A DNA stretch of 64,000 nt from Heptranchias perlo. Taxonomy: Eukaryota. Position numbers and translations under genes: made by a program. The DNA lies in NCBI RefSeq assembly GCF_035084215.1, contig NC_090340.1, positions 48,298,001-48,362,000 of the forward strand. Reading direction: 5' to 3'. Below the pieces are notes generated by a model. The model was given only the letters and a program-made list of their open reading frames with translations. It ran no database searches and was not told where the DNA came from. This document shows, piece after piece, positions 47,855 through 62,425 of this stretch (position 1 is the stretch's first letter; every line of letters begins with the position of its first letter).

Positions 47855-48285
47855 ACTTCTAAACCAGCCAAATTCAACTTTGCTGCCCTTATTCTAACTC
47901 GCACCAAGTCTAGTTCACCCATCATCCCTGTGCTCTAAGACCTACATTGGCTCTTGATCCAGCAACGCCTTGAATTTAAAATTCATTCTTGTGTTCAATT
48001 CTCTCCATAGTTTTGCCCATCCCTATCTCTAACCTCTTCCAGCCCTGCATTCCTCCAATTCTGGCCTCTTGTGCATACCTGATTTCCTTCACCCCACCAA
48101 AGGCTGTGCCTTTAGCTGGCTAGGGCTTAAGCTCCAGAACTCCCTCCCTAAACATCTCCACCTCGTCCCCTGTTTAAGACACTCCTTGAAATCTATCTTT
48201 GACCAAACTGTTGGTCACCTGTCCTAATTTCCTCCTGTGGCTCGGTGCCAAATGCTCCTGTGCAGTGCTACATAAATGCAAGTTG
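47855..48285 (+). mobile_element. L2 LINE 3' fragment
   Basis: CACCCATCATCCCTGTGCTC...CCTACATTGGCTC...TTTAAAATTC (HITPVL..LHWL-like) and the GCTACATAAATGCAAGTTGTTG tail. Confidence 0.75.
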
Positions 48286-48954
48286 TTGAGCAAGTTGCTT
48301 CCTACTCTTCACACAAAATGGCACCTCTTAAATAAGGACATTACTGGGTCCTGTCAGTTTGCTGGTACAGTTGGCCTTTGGCAGCAATTTGTAAACGACT
48401 GGTACACCACTAACAGGCTCCTCCCTTTACTTTGCATTCAAGGTGAAGAATATTAGTGCTAAGCAACAGTATTTTTAATTCATTATACTTGTGTGCAACA
48501 CTCCTGGGTTAGACATCACACTGGTTAAATGTAGAATAATGCTTCATCTACAGCGCCACAACTTGATTCTTGTGTCAGAGAAACACTCGTTTTCAGATTT
48601 CCACACCAGCCATCCTTCTGGGACTCTTTTGCTGTCGATTAGTGCTGGAAGTCTTTAGTTGTGTTGCAGTTCAAATTTACAATGAATTGAAGTGAGATTT
48701 ATTGAATCCACCAGTTTAAAATCTTTAAAGCTGAGGGACTTCAGTCCAAGTAATTTGGGCTGAATTTGAACTGTAGTTCTACAGTTGAAAGAATCATGCT
48801 ATAATCTAACGCATAATCTGTTCCCAATTTTCAAATGTCCCCATTCCTTGCACTTGCAGATTCTCTAAAACTGGCTGTCTTTTTCACATTAGGTTTTCTG
48901 CACATACCACTTCTTAAACATTTTAGTTATAGTATTCAGATGTACATCTCAACT

Positions 48955-50830
48955 GAGATTAAAATGAAATAAAAAGATAATGCTGGAAATACTCAGGTCA
49001 GACAGCATCTGTGGAGAGAGAAATAGAGTGAAAGGTCATTGATCTGAAACATTCATCAAAACTGGAAGAAGTTAGAGATTTAACAGTTTATAAGTACAGA
49101 GCAAGGGAAGAAAAGGGAGGGAGGGGATTAACAAAAGGGAAGGTCTACTCTAGGGCAGGAGTGATTAAATAACAAAAGGGATGTTGCAAGGCCAAAGTGG
49201 GTGGTAATGGACTAAGTGAAGAAACAAAAGATGGGTCTAGAGGAGCTGTAAATGGCAACAGCGGAATCATTACCAGCGGGGGGGGTGATTTTAAACCCCA
49301 AGAACGGATGGGTTGGGAGTTGAAAATAGTTGTTTTTTGGGTCACGACCGCAACCCAGCTTTAGTTCTGGGTTTAATGTCGGCGCGTAAAAGTACAGACT
49401 TCCCACAGGGAATGCAAAGTCTGAAAATGTGGTTGCGACCCAAAAAAACCAACTATTTTCAACTCCTACCCACACGTTCTTGGGATTTAAAATCACCCCC
49501 CTGCTGTCCAAAAAAATGGGAGCAGCAGTTATGAAGTTGTTGAAATCAATGTTGATCCTCAGAAGGTTGTAAAGTGCCTAATTGAAAGAAGAGGTGTTGT
49601 TCAAGTTTCCAATAAGCAGCATTGGAACAGTGTAAGAGGCTGGGGTCTGAGTGGGAGTGGGCTGGAGAGTTAAAACGGCAAGCAACCGGAAGTTCAGTCA
49701 CACTTAGAGTGAATGGAAATGTTCAGCAAAGTAATCACCCAATTGGTGTTTGGTCTCCCCAATGTAGAGACTGCATCATGAGCAGCAGATACAGTATACA
49801 GTTGAAAGTACAAGTAAATCGCTGTTTCACCTAGGAGTGTTTGGGGCCTTGAATGGTGGGAAGGAAAGAGGAGAAAGGGTAGGTGTTGCATCTTGTGTGC
49901 TTGCACGGGAAGGTGCCGGGGAAAAGGAGTGGACGTTAGGGAGTGATGGAAAAGTGGACCAGGGTGTCACGGAGGGAACAGTCCCTTTGGAATGCTGGGA
50001 GGGGAAGATGTGTTTAGTGGTGGTATCATGCTGGAGGTGGAAGATGATTCGTTGAATGTGGTGGGGTGGAAGGTGAAGATAGGGGGGGACCCAATCATGG
50101 TTCTGGGAGGGAAGGAAAGGGGTGAGGGCAGAAGTTTGGGAAATGGGACAGAGTCTCCTGTCAGCCACAGTGGAGGGGAATCTGATTCAGGAAAAAGGAA
50201 AATATCAGAAGCACTGGTGTAGAAGGTGGCATCGTCAGAACAGATGCGACGAAGACTGGGAAAATGGAATAGAGTCCTTACAGGAAGTGGGGTGGGAGGA
50301 AGTGAAACCAAAGTAGCTGTGGGAGTTCGTGGGCTTATAGTAGATATTGGTGGATAGCCTGTCCCCAGAAATGGAGAGAGAGAAGTTGAGGAAGGGAAGA
50401 GTCGAAGATAGACCATGTGAAGGCAAGATGGGTGGAAATTGCAAGTAAAGTTGATGACATTTTCCAGTTCGGGGTAAGAACAGGAAGCCTAACCAACACA
50501 GTTATCAATGTACCAGTAAAAGAGGTTTGGGAGGGGACCTGAGTGGGACTAGAACAAAGAATGTTCTATGTATCCCACAAATAGGCAGGCATAGCTAGGA
50601 CCTATGCAGGTTCCTGTAGCCCTTTATTTCTATATTCCTTTTATTTAGAGGAAGTGAGTGGAATCAAAAGGAGAATTTGTTCAATATGACAAGTTCAGCC
50701 AGGCGGAGGGGGGGTGGTGGTGGTGGTGGTGGTGGATGGGGACTGGTTGGGCCTCCTTTCAAGGAAGAAGCGGCAGGCCCGTAGGCCGTCCTGGTGGGGA
50801 TGGAGGTGTAGAGGGACTGGACATCCATGG
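48955..50830 (-). mobile_element. Penelope-like retroelement (RT to tail), decayed, with nested MITE
   Basis: TMDVQSLYTSIP, LRLAELV, ISGDRLSTNIYYKPTNSHSY, SSHPTSCKDSIPFSQ and LRRICSDDATF are Penelope-type RT/thumb motifs. Confidence 0.88.
49279..49501. mobile_element. MITE family A copy nested in the Penelope element
   Basis: GGGGGTGATTTTAAACCCCAAGAAC / GTTCTTGGGATTTAAAATCACCCCC. Confidence 0.85.
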
Positions 50831-51284
50831 TTAAATTATTTTGTTTTATTTGTAATTTAATGTTTTGAAAAATGCCTTGTTTGTAATGAAGCCATTGGTG
50901 CATCAATGTTGATGCATTTTAGCAATGTCACTACACTAAGCAAAACACTACATACCTCTGCATTTCATTTAAAACTGCATATTAGGGTTTCCTAATTTTT
51001 GGGACAATTCATGCTGAGTTCACCATGGAGTAATCTGGAGAAGAAGCTAGGACCTCCTTCACAGGGAAGGGTGGGGGGAAGCAAAGTCATTGTCAGACTG
51101 TTTAAGTATTTCCAAGAAGCAAGTTTTAAAGCAGCGCTAGGGAAAGCTGGAAGCAAGTCAGCAAGGGATGCTAAAGAACATGGCAAGGCCCAATTAATGA
51201 AGATGCTTTAATGAATGATCCTACTTTCAAAAAAAAATAGGAAGTGGTGAGAAAATTGAATGGTGCATCGTGCATTTGTAAAGT

Positions 51285-51885
51285 CACAATCATACAGCAC
51301 AGAAAGGGGCTATTCAGCCCATCGTGGAAGAGCTATCCACTTAGTCCCAGTCCCCTGTTCTATCCCTGTAGTCCTGCAAACTTTTCCTTTTAAGTGTATA
51401 TCCAATTCCCTTTTGAAAGTTACTACTGAATTTGCTTCCACTACCCTTTCAGGTAGTGCATTCCAGAGCAGAACTCTCCCCAGGTTCTTTTGCTAATTAT
51501 CTTAAATCTGTGTCCTCTTGTTATCAACCCTCCTGCTAGTGGAAATAGTTTCTCCCTATCTACTTGATCAAAACCCTTCCTAATTTTGAACACCTCCATT
51601 TAATCTCCCCTCAACCTTCCCTGCTTTAAGGAGAACAATCTCAGCTTCTCTAGTCTCTCCACATCATTCTAGTAAATCTCCATCCTCTCCAAGGCCTTGA
51701 CATCCTTCCTAAAGTGTGGGCCCAGAATTGGACACAATACTCCAGCTGAGACCTAACCAGTGATTTATAAAGGTTTAGCATAACTTCCTTGCTTTTGTAC
51801 TCCATGCCTCTAAAGTCAGGGATCCTGTATGCTTTTTTGAACAGCTGTATTATCTTGTCCTGCCACCTTCCAAGATTTGTGCATT
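51285..51885 (-). mobile_element. CR1 LINE 3' fragment
   Basis: Reverse complement of 40220-40870 (CCCAGAATTGGACACAATACTCCAGCTG, TAACTTCCTTGCTTTTGTACTC). Confidence 0.85.
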
Positions 51886-53758
51886 TTTTTAATATAATGT
51901 TAGATAAATTAAAATGTTTCTAGTACATGTGTTCACAAAGTTAAATCCAAAATAATGAGCAAAGATTATTTCAACACTTTCCAACACATGGGGACAAAAT
52001 GTGTAAAATTCAATGTGCTTTCTGGCCTGACTCTTTGTTCTAAAGAACTTTACCTATGCCAGTGCAAAATGAGATACAAATTCCATTAATATTACAATAA
52101 AACAGATGTTCTAAAAAGAACTGGAGACACAAATGCCAACAATGTAATGGTCTGGAATTGTTTTAAACTTCTGGTATCATCAGAGTATAATTTAAAAACA
52201 GAAGCACACTATCAGGATTGTAGTGAACTGTGATTATACTTGTTTTTGGCACAAATCTGGATTGGAGGTATCTGCAGCAGTATTGTGTTGGTACCATTAA
52301 ATACCAAATAGAATAGGTTCCAGTGAGTTGTGATTCATAAGACATTTTTGACACTGATGTAGATCTCAAATTATGACTGGTCCATTTTTTTTCTTTTTGA
52401 ACTCAGACTTTCTAAATGTACAGACGTTTCAACCAATTTCAAATACCACAAAATTAAATAAAATTTGTACAAAATTAATTTCAAGTAGCTTTAAAGTAAC
52501 AAAAGACTTCAACATATTTCTGTGAGCATACAGTGGATTTATTATGGAGTTCTGATCACAGCATAGCTATGACATTATTACAGAAGATAAAATCACAACT
52601 GTTAAGCTGTTAAAACAATAGAGTAGACTTTTTATGGAACAATGATCTTGTTGGGACAAAAAGTCAAAATAGCAGAAAAAAACAAGAATATTTTGTCAAG
52701 AGTGTAAGTATCAGAAAAACATCACACTATATTTTTGAAAGGGCCCAGAGCATATGATAGTGTAGTATGCAAATTAAATGTTGGCCGATTGTTCAGTTTG
52801 AGGACTGCTTCTTGACTTTTTGTTTGTCAGGTGACTGAATAGCAAATATGTTGTATAAAACCAACTAACTGGAATCTTTTACAACAGTGACAATCTAAAG
52901 TATTTTAAGAAGAGGAAGCGTCAGATATTTTGTTTTATTTTCTGTACTAATTTAAATAAAGTGTATTCAACTACAGAAAACACAATCACACTAGTTTGAT
53001 TAATTCATTGCCTTTTTCCCCTTAGACCATTGCCACTCCTGAGCATTGTTTTAGCCAAAAAGTTGTCTTGTGCTAGGTTTGTACGTTGTAATGTTCACCT
53101 CCACCCACAAAGGCGTGGGATAAAACACATCAGGAACAGCACATTCTTCCTTGTCTCTTTTGAGCATAATCTGAATGAATGCATAACAGCTGAAAAAAGA
53201 AAATGTTACAATATTTTGACATAATTTACTTATTGAAGTTTTCTATAATGTTAGGCTTGCACTATGATCTATGATAGAATTCTCTTAATTAGAATGTTAC
53301 AATGCTGTAATAGCTTCACTTGTGACCGATCAAAAGTACATTTTCTGGTAAATTTAAAGTACTTAATCTATAACATGCATGAAATACTTTTGCATAGAAG
53401 TTGAGGTGTAAAACTTCAAATGTGGATTAAGAATACCAAAATTACAGTAAACAAAAAAAAAGCCAGGATTTCTCAAAAATATTTTACATTCTTAGGCCTG
53501 GCTGGATAGGGATGGATGTTCCCTTCCCTGAAGGATATTAGTGAAACAGTTTGGTCATGTTTTGCTTTTAAAGACTATTCTAATTGGCCCTTGGAAAAGC
53601 TACATTTTATTTTCATGTGCAAGGGCCTGCTCAATTGATTGTGTTGGTAGTTTTACAGTCTTGTTCCCTTGGCAATGACAAAAGATAGAGCCACCATATA
53701 TATAAGGATAAGAATCAGCCCTGTACCTGAGATGGCCTTAGGCACCAGACTCATTGCA

Positions 53759-53853
53759 TCACACTTTTAGACGTTTTTGCTGATTATCCACACTAGAAGC
53801 AGCACGCTTATTACGATGGTGGGGGAAGGTAGGCATCAGCTCTGGTTCACATG
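53759..53853 (-). CDS. CDK10: Cyclin-dependent kinase 10, last coding exon 13 ([31 protein letters not shown])
   Basis: Acceptor tttctctgaag; CDK10 tail [17 protein letters not shown]; stop TGA at 53759-53761. Confidence 0.93.
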
Positions 53854-55261
53854 CTTCAGAGAAACAGAAAAAAGGTTCTGATTTAGTGCGATTCACTCAA
53901 GACAATTTCCCTGAAATTATCAGTTAAATTCCCTGAACAAAAACAGAAGTGAAGGCTATGTTAGAGAGTTTGGGCAAACAAAGAACCAATTTAAAAGATA
54001 ATTATGATTCAGTCCTAAATCAACTTCTTAAACTGTCTATATGAGTGTCTACTTATGCAAGTGTTACAAGATATCAAAGGAAAGCAAGGAATCCCCCCTT
54101 ATAACAACTCAAATTATTACTTCCCAATAAAATTTAGACAGCATTTCAAATTGTAACAAAAACACTGATATTTTAGATTTTTCTTTCTACTAATCAGCCA
54201 GGTATTTGGATAAAAGTTCTACTCTGAGCAACCATGGTTTATACAGCTGGAGTGCCACACCTTTATCACATATGGCATTGACAATGCATTCTAGGATGTT
54301 GTACTAGTTTTACAATGGTTCAATGCATCAGTGATGGAAGCGCAGCTTTGTCATGTCTCAAACTGGAGAAATTTTAGCAATTTGTTTTCCATTAGATCAA
54401 TGTAAAGACTTGCTTTGGGTAGCTGCAATCTTAAAACATTTTTTTATTTATAGGGAGCGAGTGGAGAGGCAGTCAGTCATTGTTTTGGTGTTACTGCCTG
54501 GTCAGAAACTAAACAGGTCAAGTTGTTTGACTAGTCCATCATGTCTTTGAAATATTAAACTGGCATACTCATATTGGACATTGTTAATAATTTCTGTTGC
54601 AGCTAGGCATCGAGGAGAAATGACTCAGCAGTCAACCGAGTAACTGCTGTTTATAACTTATCTACTTGAGTGGTAGAAATGATTAATAGTCTGACTATTG
54701 AGAAAGAACATCTTTTATCTTTACAGGAAATGTGCCTTTTAGAAACTCAAAAAGGATTGTGTTAGAGGGATGTGTTTTCCAGTTCCATGCTTCTCACTGC
54801 ATTTTCTATACAAGGTGGTCAAGGTAATGATTTGCCAGTGTCTTGGTGAAAAGTTTCAGGAAAGAACTAAGATTTTGGACTCTTATTTTCAGAATAGTTT
54901 ATGTATTGTGTAAATCAATGATTATACTGCCATTTCTGCATCTGTATAAATATTCCCTACTTTTAAATAAATGTGACTTTGTTTTTGCTTGAACACAAAG
55001 GTCTGACTGGTATTTTCTATTGTTCAGTGGGCAGGAGAATGTGGTGGGCAGCTGACATATCCTCCAGTGCACAATTTCAAGGTACAAGGCTAATTGTTAG
55101 TCCTGTGGCATACTCTCTCACGCAACCATACCTGTAAAATGAATGAAAGTTTCTGATCATAGGAAAAACTGCATTTTTACTGTGGGCTTAAGTTTGAAGT
55201 GTTGGGAGATCGGACATAGCAGAATTACAGCAGTATCTATTCAATCAACTCTTCAGTAGTA

Positions 55262-55650
55262 TATAGAAGTTATAACACAGAAACAGACCATTCAGCTCAA
55301 CCAGTTTGTATTGGTAACTAATCCTAATCACATTTACCTGCTCTGTTCCCATATCCACCTAGCCAATATAATCTTGAATGTTGCCATAGTTTCTGCCTTA
55401 CCCACTAACACTGGAAGTGTTTCCACATCCTCACCACTCTCCGTGTAAAGACCTTTCTCTTGCTCTCTGTTCTAAATCTCTTGCATTTAATTTTATACCT
55501 ATGGCTACTCATTCTAGAACCCACAACTACTGGAAATCAGATCTGCTTCCTTCTACCCTGTCCCACTCCCTTCATAATTTTAAGCATATCTATTATATCA
55601 CCTCGTAATCTGCGTTGTTCTAATAAGCAAAGCCCCAATTTTTCAAGTAT
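55262..55650 (-). mobile_element. Old CR1 3' fragment in CDK10 intron 12
   Basis: ATAGAAGTTATAACACAGAAACAGACCATTCAGCTC...TTCCACATCCTCACCACTCT. Confidence 0.65.
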
Positions 55651-56537
55651 ATTTACATATAGTGGTTCCTCTGACTTTTTGAAGTAACTTTTTTCTTTTT
55701 CCTTGGGTTCCTTGCATCATATCTAACCTAGACAACATGCTCAGAAGCCTCCACCAATTCTGCTTTGAAGCTGTATGAAATAGTGGAGAAGCACCTGACT
55801 TCCATTTGGTGCCTTCTCATACTGATATAGCTGCAAATGACAATACAGCATGTGGAGAACTGTGCAACCAAACCACTCTGTGCTACAGTGTCTTAGTGCC
55901 ACTACCCTTCAGTGAACTATTGTTTACATTATCCAACTCTAAACATGATGCAACTGTGGCCTTTAGGAACACATAAATATCCATGTACAATGAACGCGTG
56001 CAGTCCGTTTATATGCACTAGTGACAATGTAATAATAGGTTCCTGGGAAAGATCAATGTGGAACAGTTACATTGTATTTAATACTGATTTTTAAATTGTT
56101 TAACAACTTTCAATTCCCTTGCTGCTAAATTTGTCCTTTTAATACGAAGGATGATTTTGCAATAATGGAACCAACTGTGCAGCTTCTCAGATGCTGGGTT
56201 TGCGATTTTGAAAATCTGGCCAACACCAGGGGGAAGATCCATACAGGCCACCAATAGAAGTGATACTGTTGCAGAAGGCAGGCAAGGAGACAAATCATTT
56301 ACTTTTAAACAGTGAAGGGAATATTTTGATTCATACATTTTAATTAGATGTAATTTATACTGCAGCAAGATCAAAATTTTATTACAATCAGCTTTTCTTT
56401 GATAAAATGAAATTGATTGTATGAGTTCCAATATGTGATGATAATTTTATTTTGTTCAAGAAAAATTGGTACATTCAGCATTCGGTGTGTATTTCTGTAT
56501 GTAATGAAAATTGCAAATTATTTCTGAAATTACTTAC

Positions 56538-56590
56538 GTAATGGTTTTTCCTTAAAATAGGAACTGTCCAGACTATCCTCTGCTGTAGCC
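56538..56590 (-). CDS. CDK10: CDK10 exon 12 (ATAEDSLDSSYFKEKPL)
   Basis: 53 nt, ttttaag / gtaagt; in phase with its neighbours. Confidence 0.93.
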
Positions 56591-57426
56591 CTTAAAACAC
56601 AGAATTATATCCATCAGCACGTTGTATTGCATGCTAAATACAGAATCACAGTGCTATAAAACACAAGTACACAATTGCATTAGTTGAGAGCTACTAGACC
56701 AGTAGAGATTCTTTGTGAAATTTATGCTCCAATGAGGCGACTATCCCAATTTTCACATTTCTAGGTCTAGACTGGCTGAAAAAAAAACTGCCTCTCAAGT
56801 CAGTTTTCAGCCAAAGGCCAGCTTTTTGGAATTGGCTCCCATCTCCACTGGTGGTATCCAGGAGACAGAAGAGTTATTTTTCATTAAAAAGCTATAGAAT
56901 AGATTAGGTTATGTTAAATAGAAAAAATAAAAAAGTGAATCTAAAACAAAAATTGAAACAAATAATGGGGGAATAAGTTTTTAAAATTTTAATTTAAAAA
57001 GTTTATTTTTGTAGTGAAGAGTTAATATTACTGTAATAAAAATAATCAAAGATCAGAAGCAGCATTATTACTCTATTACTGACCATATACTACAAAAATA
57101 ATGCTACAGTAAAGCTCTCAACATTTGAGTAGGTTTATTACTGTAATATAAATGCTTGTTTCAACATTATGTAAGCTGAAAATTTAAAAGAAAGGCCAAA
57201 TCAGCAAGTCTGGAATTTCCCTGGTGTATCCAGAAGCGTAAAGGGTAAGAATCTTTAGACTGAGGGACACCACCCACTCCCAACCTGTATTACTACCAGA
57301 CCTAGGCTGGCTTTTAGAGTGCAACCTTATTTTGCTGTACTATCTCAACAGAGATAATAATAAAGTAATACATGGAAGCACTAACTTCCCCAAAGAAACT
57401 ATTTCCATCATAACGAAAGCCTCTCA

Positions 57427-57597
<171 letters not shown>

Positions 57598-58496
57598 CTA
57601 GATCACATCATAAACAGAGGTAAATAGCTACTCAATAAAATGGGAGTAGCATCAGAAGCAGTGTGATAATATGTGTGATACCACTTATTCAGGAACTTAC
57701 TATTTCGAACTGTTTCAAGGCATACCATGTAACCAAATCATTGTCACTCTTCTCCATTCAAATCTCTCAAAACTAGGCAAAAAAGAACCCATCGAACAAA
57801 AACAGAAGAACACCAAAGAAAATCTTGAATGGACTTCAACATGTGGAATGTATTTAATTCTATGTAACATGTGGAAAAATAATTGTAAAAGCTGTTAAAG
57901 AAACCCATCAGCTACATTCAAACCTGCTATCTTTGGCTCTAAGCTACAAAACTGTAGAAATGTGAAACATCACTGCATGCAACTATCACATTCCTCGTTG
58001 ATGAGCACTAAAAAGCATTAAAGGTACTTGTCACTTTTAGAAATGGACCACCACATAGGTCTGCACGATGATTAAATGTGCTATCAGACTGTGATCCAGG
58101 TAGTATTCTCTATCTGCATCATAATTTGACACATCCACAAAGCACGTTTTCATGTCTACAATAGGTGTGCTCTTCTATCGGCACGGAAGGCTTAAGTAAT
58201 CAATGCAAGCTCCAGAAACATAGCAGTAACCAAAGCCCAGAACAGCTAGCGGGAAGGTGCGCTCTTCAAAGCTACATGTTCTAGTTTGTTTCATCATGAG
58301 TAACTAGTTAGAGGCGATGGTCGTTGATACAAGAGGAGGATTTTGAATTGATGCTCGTATCGGAACCCATCTGGTCAACAAAGCATTGATTTTAGACTAG
58401 AGAAGGACTACTTAAAAGCTAACAAAATAAAAACAAATTTACACTTCAAGTTTCTGAGTTTCCACACTCAGAGTCATGGCCTTAGAGCATTTATTA

Positions 58497-58718
<222 letters not shown>

Positions 58719-58789
58719 TTATGAGAAAATCTGCAACAAGGTTTAGCAACAAAAAGTGCTGAGAAAGGCCATGTAAATAAGATACCCAC

Positions 58790-58849
58790 CACATATCAAT
58801 AGCTGTAGTTTGGGTCTTTGTTCCCAATAGTAATTCTGGTGCTCTGTAC
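58790..58849 (-). CDS. CDK10: CDK10 exon 9 (YRAPELLLGTKTQTTAIDMW)
   Basis: 60 nt, tttttag / gtgggt; APE motif. Confidence 0.95.
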
Positions 58850-59373
58850 CTAAAAAATGTAAGCATGTGAGATCCAATCAGGAATTCAAAGCCCCCAAAA
58901 CACATAAAACCTCAATTTTTAAAAAGTTAGTGTCAAAATATCTAACATAATTGTTTTAAATAATGTATCGCATGGGTTTTAAATAATGCAGTTACTGAGT
59001 TTTGAAAAATGAAGGGTATTGAAACATGGCACGGAATTGCAATTATTAAAGTGGCACATTTTTACAAGTCTGTAGTTTTCAAAAGACTTGAGAAATTGTC
59101 AGTTTCATCTCTATGACTCATTAATGAGTACTGATGTTATTGATATGAACGGTATAGGGAAATTGTAGCCACATGATTTTGCACAAGCACACTGGCTTTA
59201 GAAAAAAAAGTTTGCAGTTATGGATATCATTGACGTTTTCTTGGCTTGTAGTTGTGCAAACTGTTTTCAGAGATCGAGAAAGATAGGCCATTAGACCTTT
59301 AACACTGATGGCAGTATCATGCCATGTCTGAAAAGAGGCTGGGATTGGAGTGTTGAAATGGACAACGGTGTCC

Positions 59374-60930
59374 AGGTCTTGGGTGCAGTGTAGGAAGCAT
59401 TTTAATGATCTAACTAAGTCAGGAAAAGTGCTGATTCACCTACATCCTGTGTTGTTCAACACACATGACCACCCCCCCCCCCCTGCCGCTCTGTGTTGGC
59501 ATGCCTACTCCATCATATAACACCTCACACCCACTTAAGTTTCAGCAGCAACCATCCTTCACTTTCTATGCACTTCCTCAATTTATTCACCCACCACTGC
59601 CACTCACCCCAATCCTGATGCAATATCGTGTAAATGTCTGATAGTCACCCTCTGATGCATCTCTTTCATGGTCAGCCTCATCCAAAGCAATGCATTCATC
59701 GGGTGAATACATCACCTTCAGTCACTCACAGGTCTGTTGTTAGTCCCCTTGTAGAAGAGAGCGCAAAATACAAGAGAGGAGCAAAAATGGTGGTGGTCCA
59801 CTACATATAGTGGAGCTGACAGATGTGCAGGAGCTGGCAATGGAAATAAGTGAGACCGTTGCACACCTATCCGTCAGAGATGGAGAGACTGGCACTCTGC
59901 AGATGGCTGGTGACAGAACTTTAACATCTTTCACACATGAATAATTAATATCGGTTTCTGTTTTCTTCCAGTGCCTTCACGCTTTAAAGAAGAATCTGCC
60001 GAAATGGAAGAAAGTGATTCCTCAGAGGATCTCATTCCTTCCGAGGGTGCACCGTCACAGGACATACAGACATGAACCAACGCAGATAATCGCACTTCGG
60101 TGGGTCTTTAGTTGGGTTGTCATCTGATGATTCACCACTCGTGTGCACAAGCAGACACTGGTGGCAGGGGCAGCTGTGGAGAGGCAGCGTTGGGGGGGTG
60201 CACTCCTCTCCAAGCTCTGCTGGATACAGATGCCAAACCCCAGGGGCCATCAGGGAGAAGGAGAATGATAGAGGTACAGTTGCGTCTTTGTGAGGTACTG
60301 GAAAATGTGCCACGTCCACTCTCCACAATAGCAGAGAGGATGGAGGAGTCCAACTCCATCGCTAATGGATTGTTGGAGCAGGTAACTGCGAGTGTGTCTG
60401 CGATGGAAAGAGTGGCAGCCTCCATTGAGCTTCAAGCACAGATCTCAAATGAGTCCATGCTCGCCATGACCATGGCAGTGCAGACTCTGAATGCAAACAT
60501 GTCAGCCGCCTTAAACAGGCTTACTGATATCTTATCTGTGACCTTACAGCACATCTGCTCACCAACCTGCTGTCCAGCAGAGTGGTAGGAGTGATGTGGC
60601 CTGGCCCCGGAGAGGGATGATGGCGAAAGGGGACATGGAAGTGGGGATTTCTCTCAAGCGCTCCCACGTCTCACCCATTGCACCCCCCCCCCCCCCCCCC
60701 AAACCAGTACCTGCAATGCTGCCTCCTCTCCCGACGGCCGAGTCTGTCCCTGCACAGGTGCAGGTGGAGCAGTCTTTGGCGGGGCCCTCACTGGTTCCAA
60801 AACAGAGAGGTCATAGGCCACGAGCATCTTAGCAGTCAGGGCAGATACAAGAGCAACTTGCTACTACCTCTGCTGAAGCCACAGGAGATGCACCACGTAG
60901 AAGCATTAGAAAGAGAAAGGATAAGCAATT
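59374..60930 (+). pseudogene. Harbinger Myb/SANT-like DNA-binding gene remnant (intron-containing)
   Basis: RSWVQCRKHFNDLTKSGK at 59374-59427, NGGGP at ~59785, acceptors ccttgtag (59753) and ttcttccag (59971), and a coiled-coil-like ORF at 60112-60588. Confidence 0.7.
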
Positions 60931-61299
60931 GTAATTCACCAAGGGTATGCACAAGGGTGTGATGAAATGTCATGTTGTTCATTTATATATTTTGTTTGTT
61001 ATGGCACATTAAATTTAATCATTATCACCACTGCCACGTCTTGGTCATTATTGCGTCTCATGTGTGAATTCGCCCTTTCATTTGCTTCATCGTGAATGCC
61101 AAGACATGACAGCACCCATTGGGCGTTGGGTGCATGCCTGGTTGAAGGACTGTTTTGTGCAAAGGGGGAGGGGAGGGGGAAGAGGGAAGAGAAGGAGGGC
61201 ATTGCTGGCAGTGGTTGTTCCAGGCAGCCGGAGTAGCTCAAAGTCTTCAATTTGCACATTCATTAAGAGAACCTGTTAGAGATGAGGGAATCCCTGGCA

Positions 61300-62425
61300 A
61301 AATGGGCAGCAATGTGTGCCGCTGCTCTGGCGATGGGTTCATAATGCTCCTCCTCTCCTTCAATGTTGCCGCCAGATGAGGATACTTAATGAATGCATTC
61401 GACCTCCTCCCCTTGTAACCCCTTCTGCTGCGCTATGTTGTGCGGGATGCAGCACACAACCATTATTGTACATAAATTCACTGGCGAGTGCTGAAGAGCT
61501 CCCCAGATCTATCCCGGCACCTGAAGCGCATCTTCAACATTTCTATGGCTTGCTCAATGACACATCTGGTGGTGAAATGGCTCTGATTGTACTGCTGCTA
61601 TGATCCGTTGGTGGGGTTTCTCACAGGTGTCGTGAGCCATGTCGGCAGGCGGTATCCCTAGTCTCCAAGGAGCCAGCCCTCAAGTCCATCTGGTGTGTGG
61701 AAGAAGTCCTGTATTTTGGACTCGCGCAAAAATTAATCATGACAGCTGCCAGGGAATCTGGCACACACCTGCAGAAATCTCTTCTGGTGGTCGCACACCA
61801 GTTGTGCATTGATGGGAGTGATATCCCTTTCAGTTTATGAATTGTCCTGGCTCATGTGAAGGTCCTCAGATTGCCACGTGTGTACACAACTGATTGCACC
61901 CTGCACCCGTGGGAAGCCAGCCAGAGAGTTGAAACCGCTGCCCTCTCAGTCTGGCTGATGTCGTTGCGGGGAAGTTGACGTAGTCGGATGCCCTGGCAAA
62001 CAAGCCAACTGTCACCCATTGTGTACACTTATGTGCAGATGACTGACACACCCTGGAGATGTCACCGGTGGCGCCCTGGAAGGATCCAGAGGTGAAGAAA
62101 TTGAGGGTAGTGTTTACTTTAACTGCGATGGCCAATGCGTGGCCACCAGGCCCAGCTAGGAGCAGCTCTTCCTGAAGGAGGCTGCAGATGTCTGCGACCA
62201 CCTGCCAACTCAATCTGATCCTGCGTAGGCACTGCTCCTTGAGAGATCCAGGAAGCTCAGCCTCTGCCTGTAGATCCTTTCATGTGGGTAGTGTCTCTTG
62301 TGACGTTGGCCCCTCCGCTCTTCTCCAGGTCCTTGTTGCGCACCTCTGTCTTGTGCTACTGCAGATCCCAGAACTGCACGACATGATGCTCTTCCTCCTC
62401 AGATGTACTGTGGAATAGATCCATC
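61300..62425 (-). pseudogene. Harbinger (HARBI1-like DDE) transposase remnant
   Basis: LNFFTSGSFQGATGDISRVCQS, FIN*KGYHS/INAQLVCDH, FPGSCHD, WLLGD*GY, TRCVIEQAIEMLKMRFR and CCIPHN; stops and frameshifts. Confidence 0.88.

Noticed and set aside
61866-62213. Host HARBI1 gene
   Set aside because: Multiple stops and frameshifts, an adjacent TIR and a partner Myb gene show it is a transposon relic.
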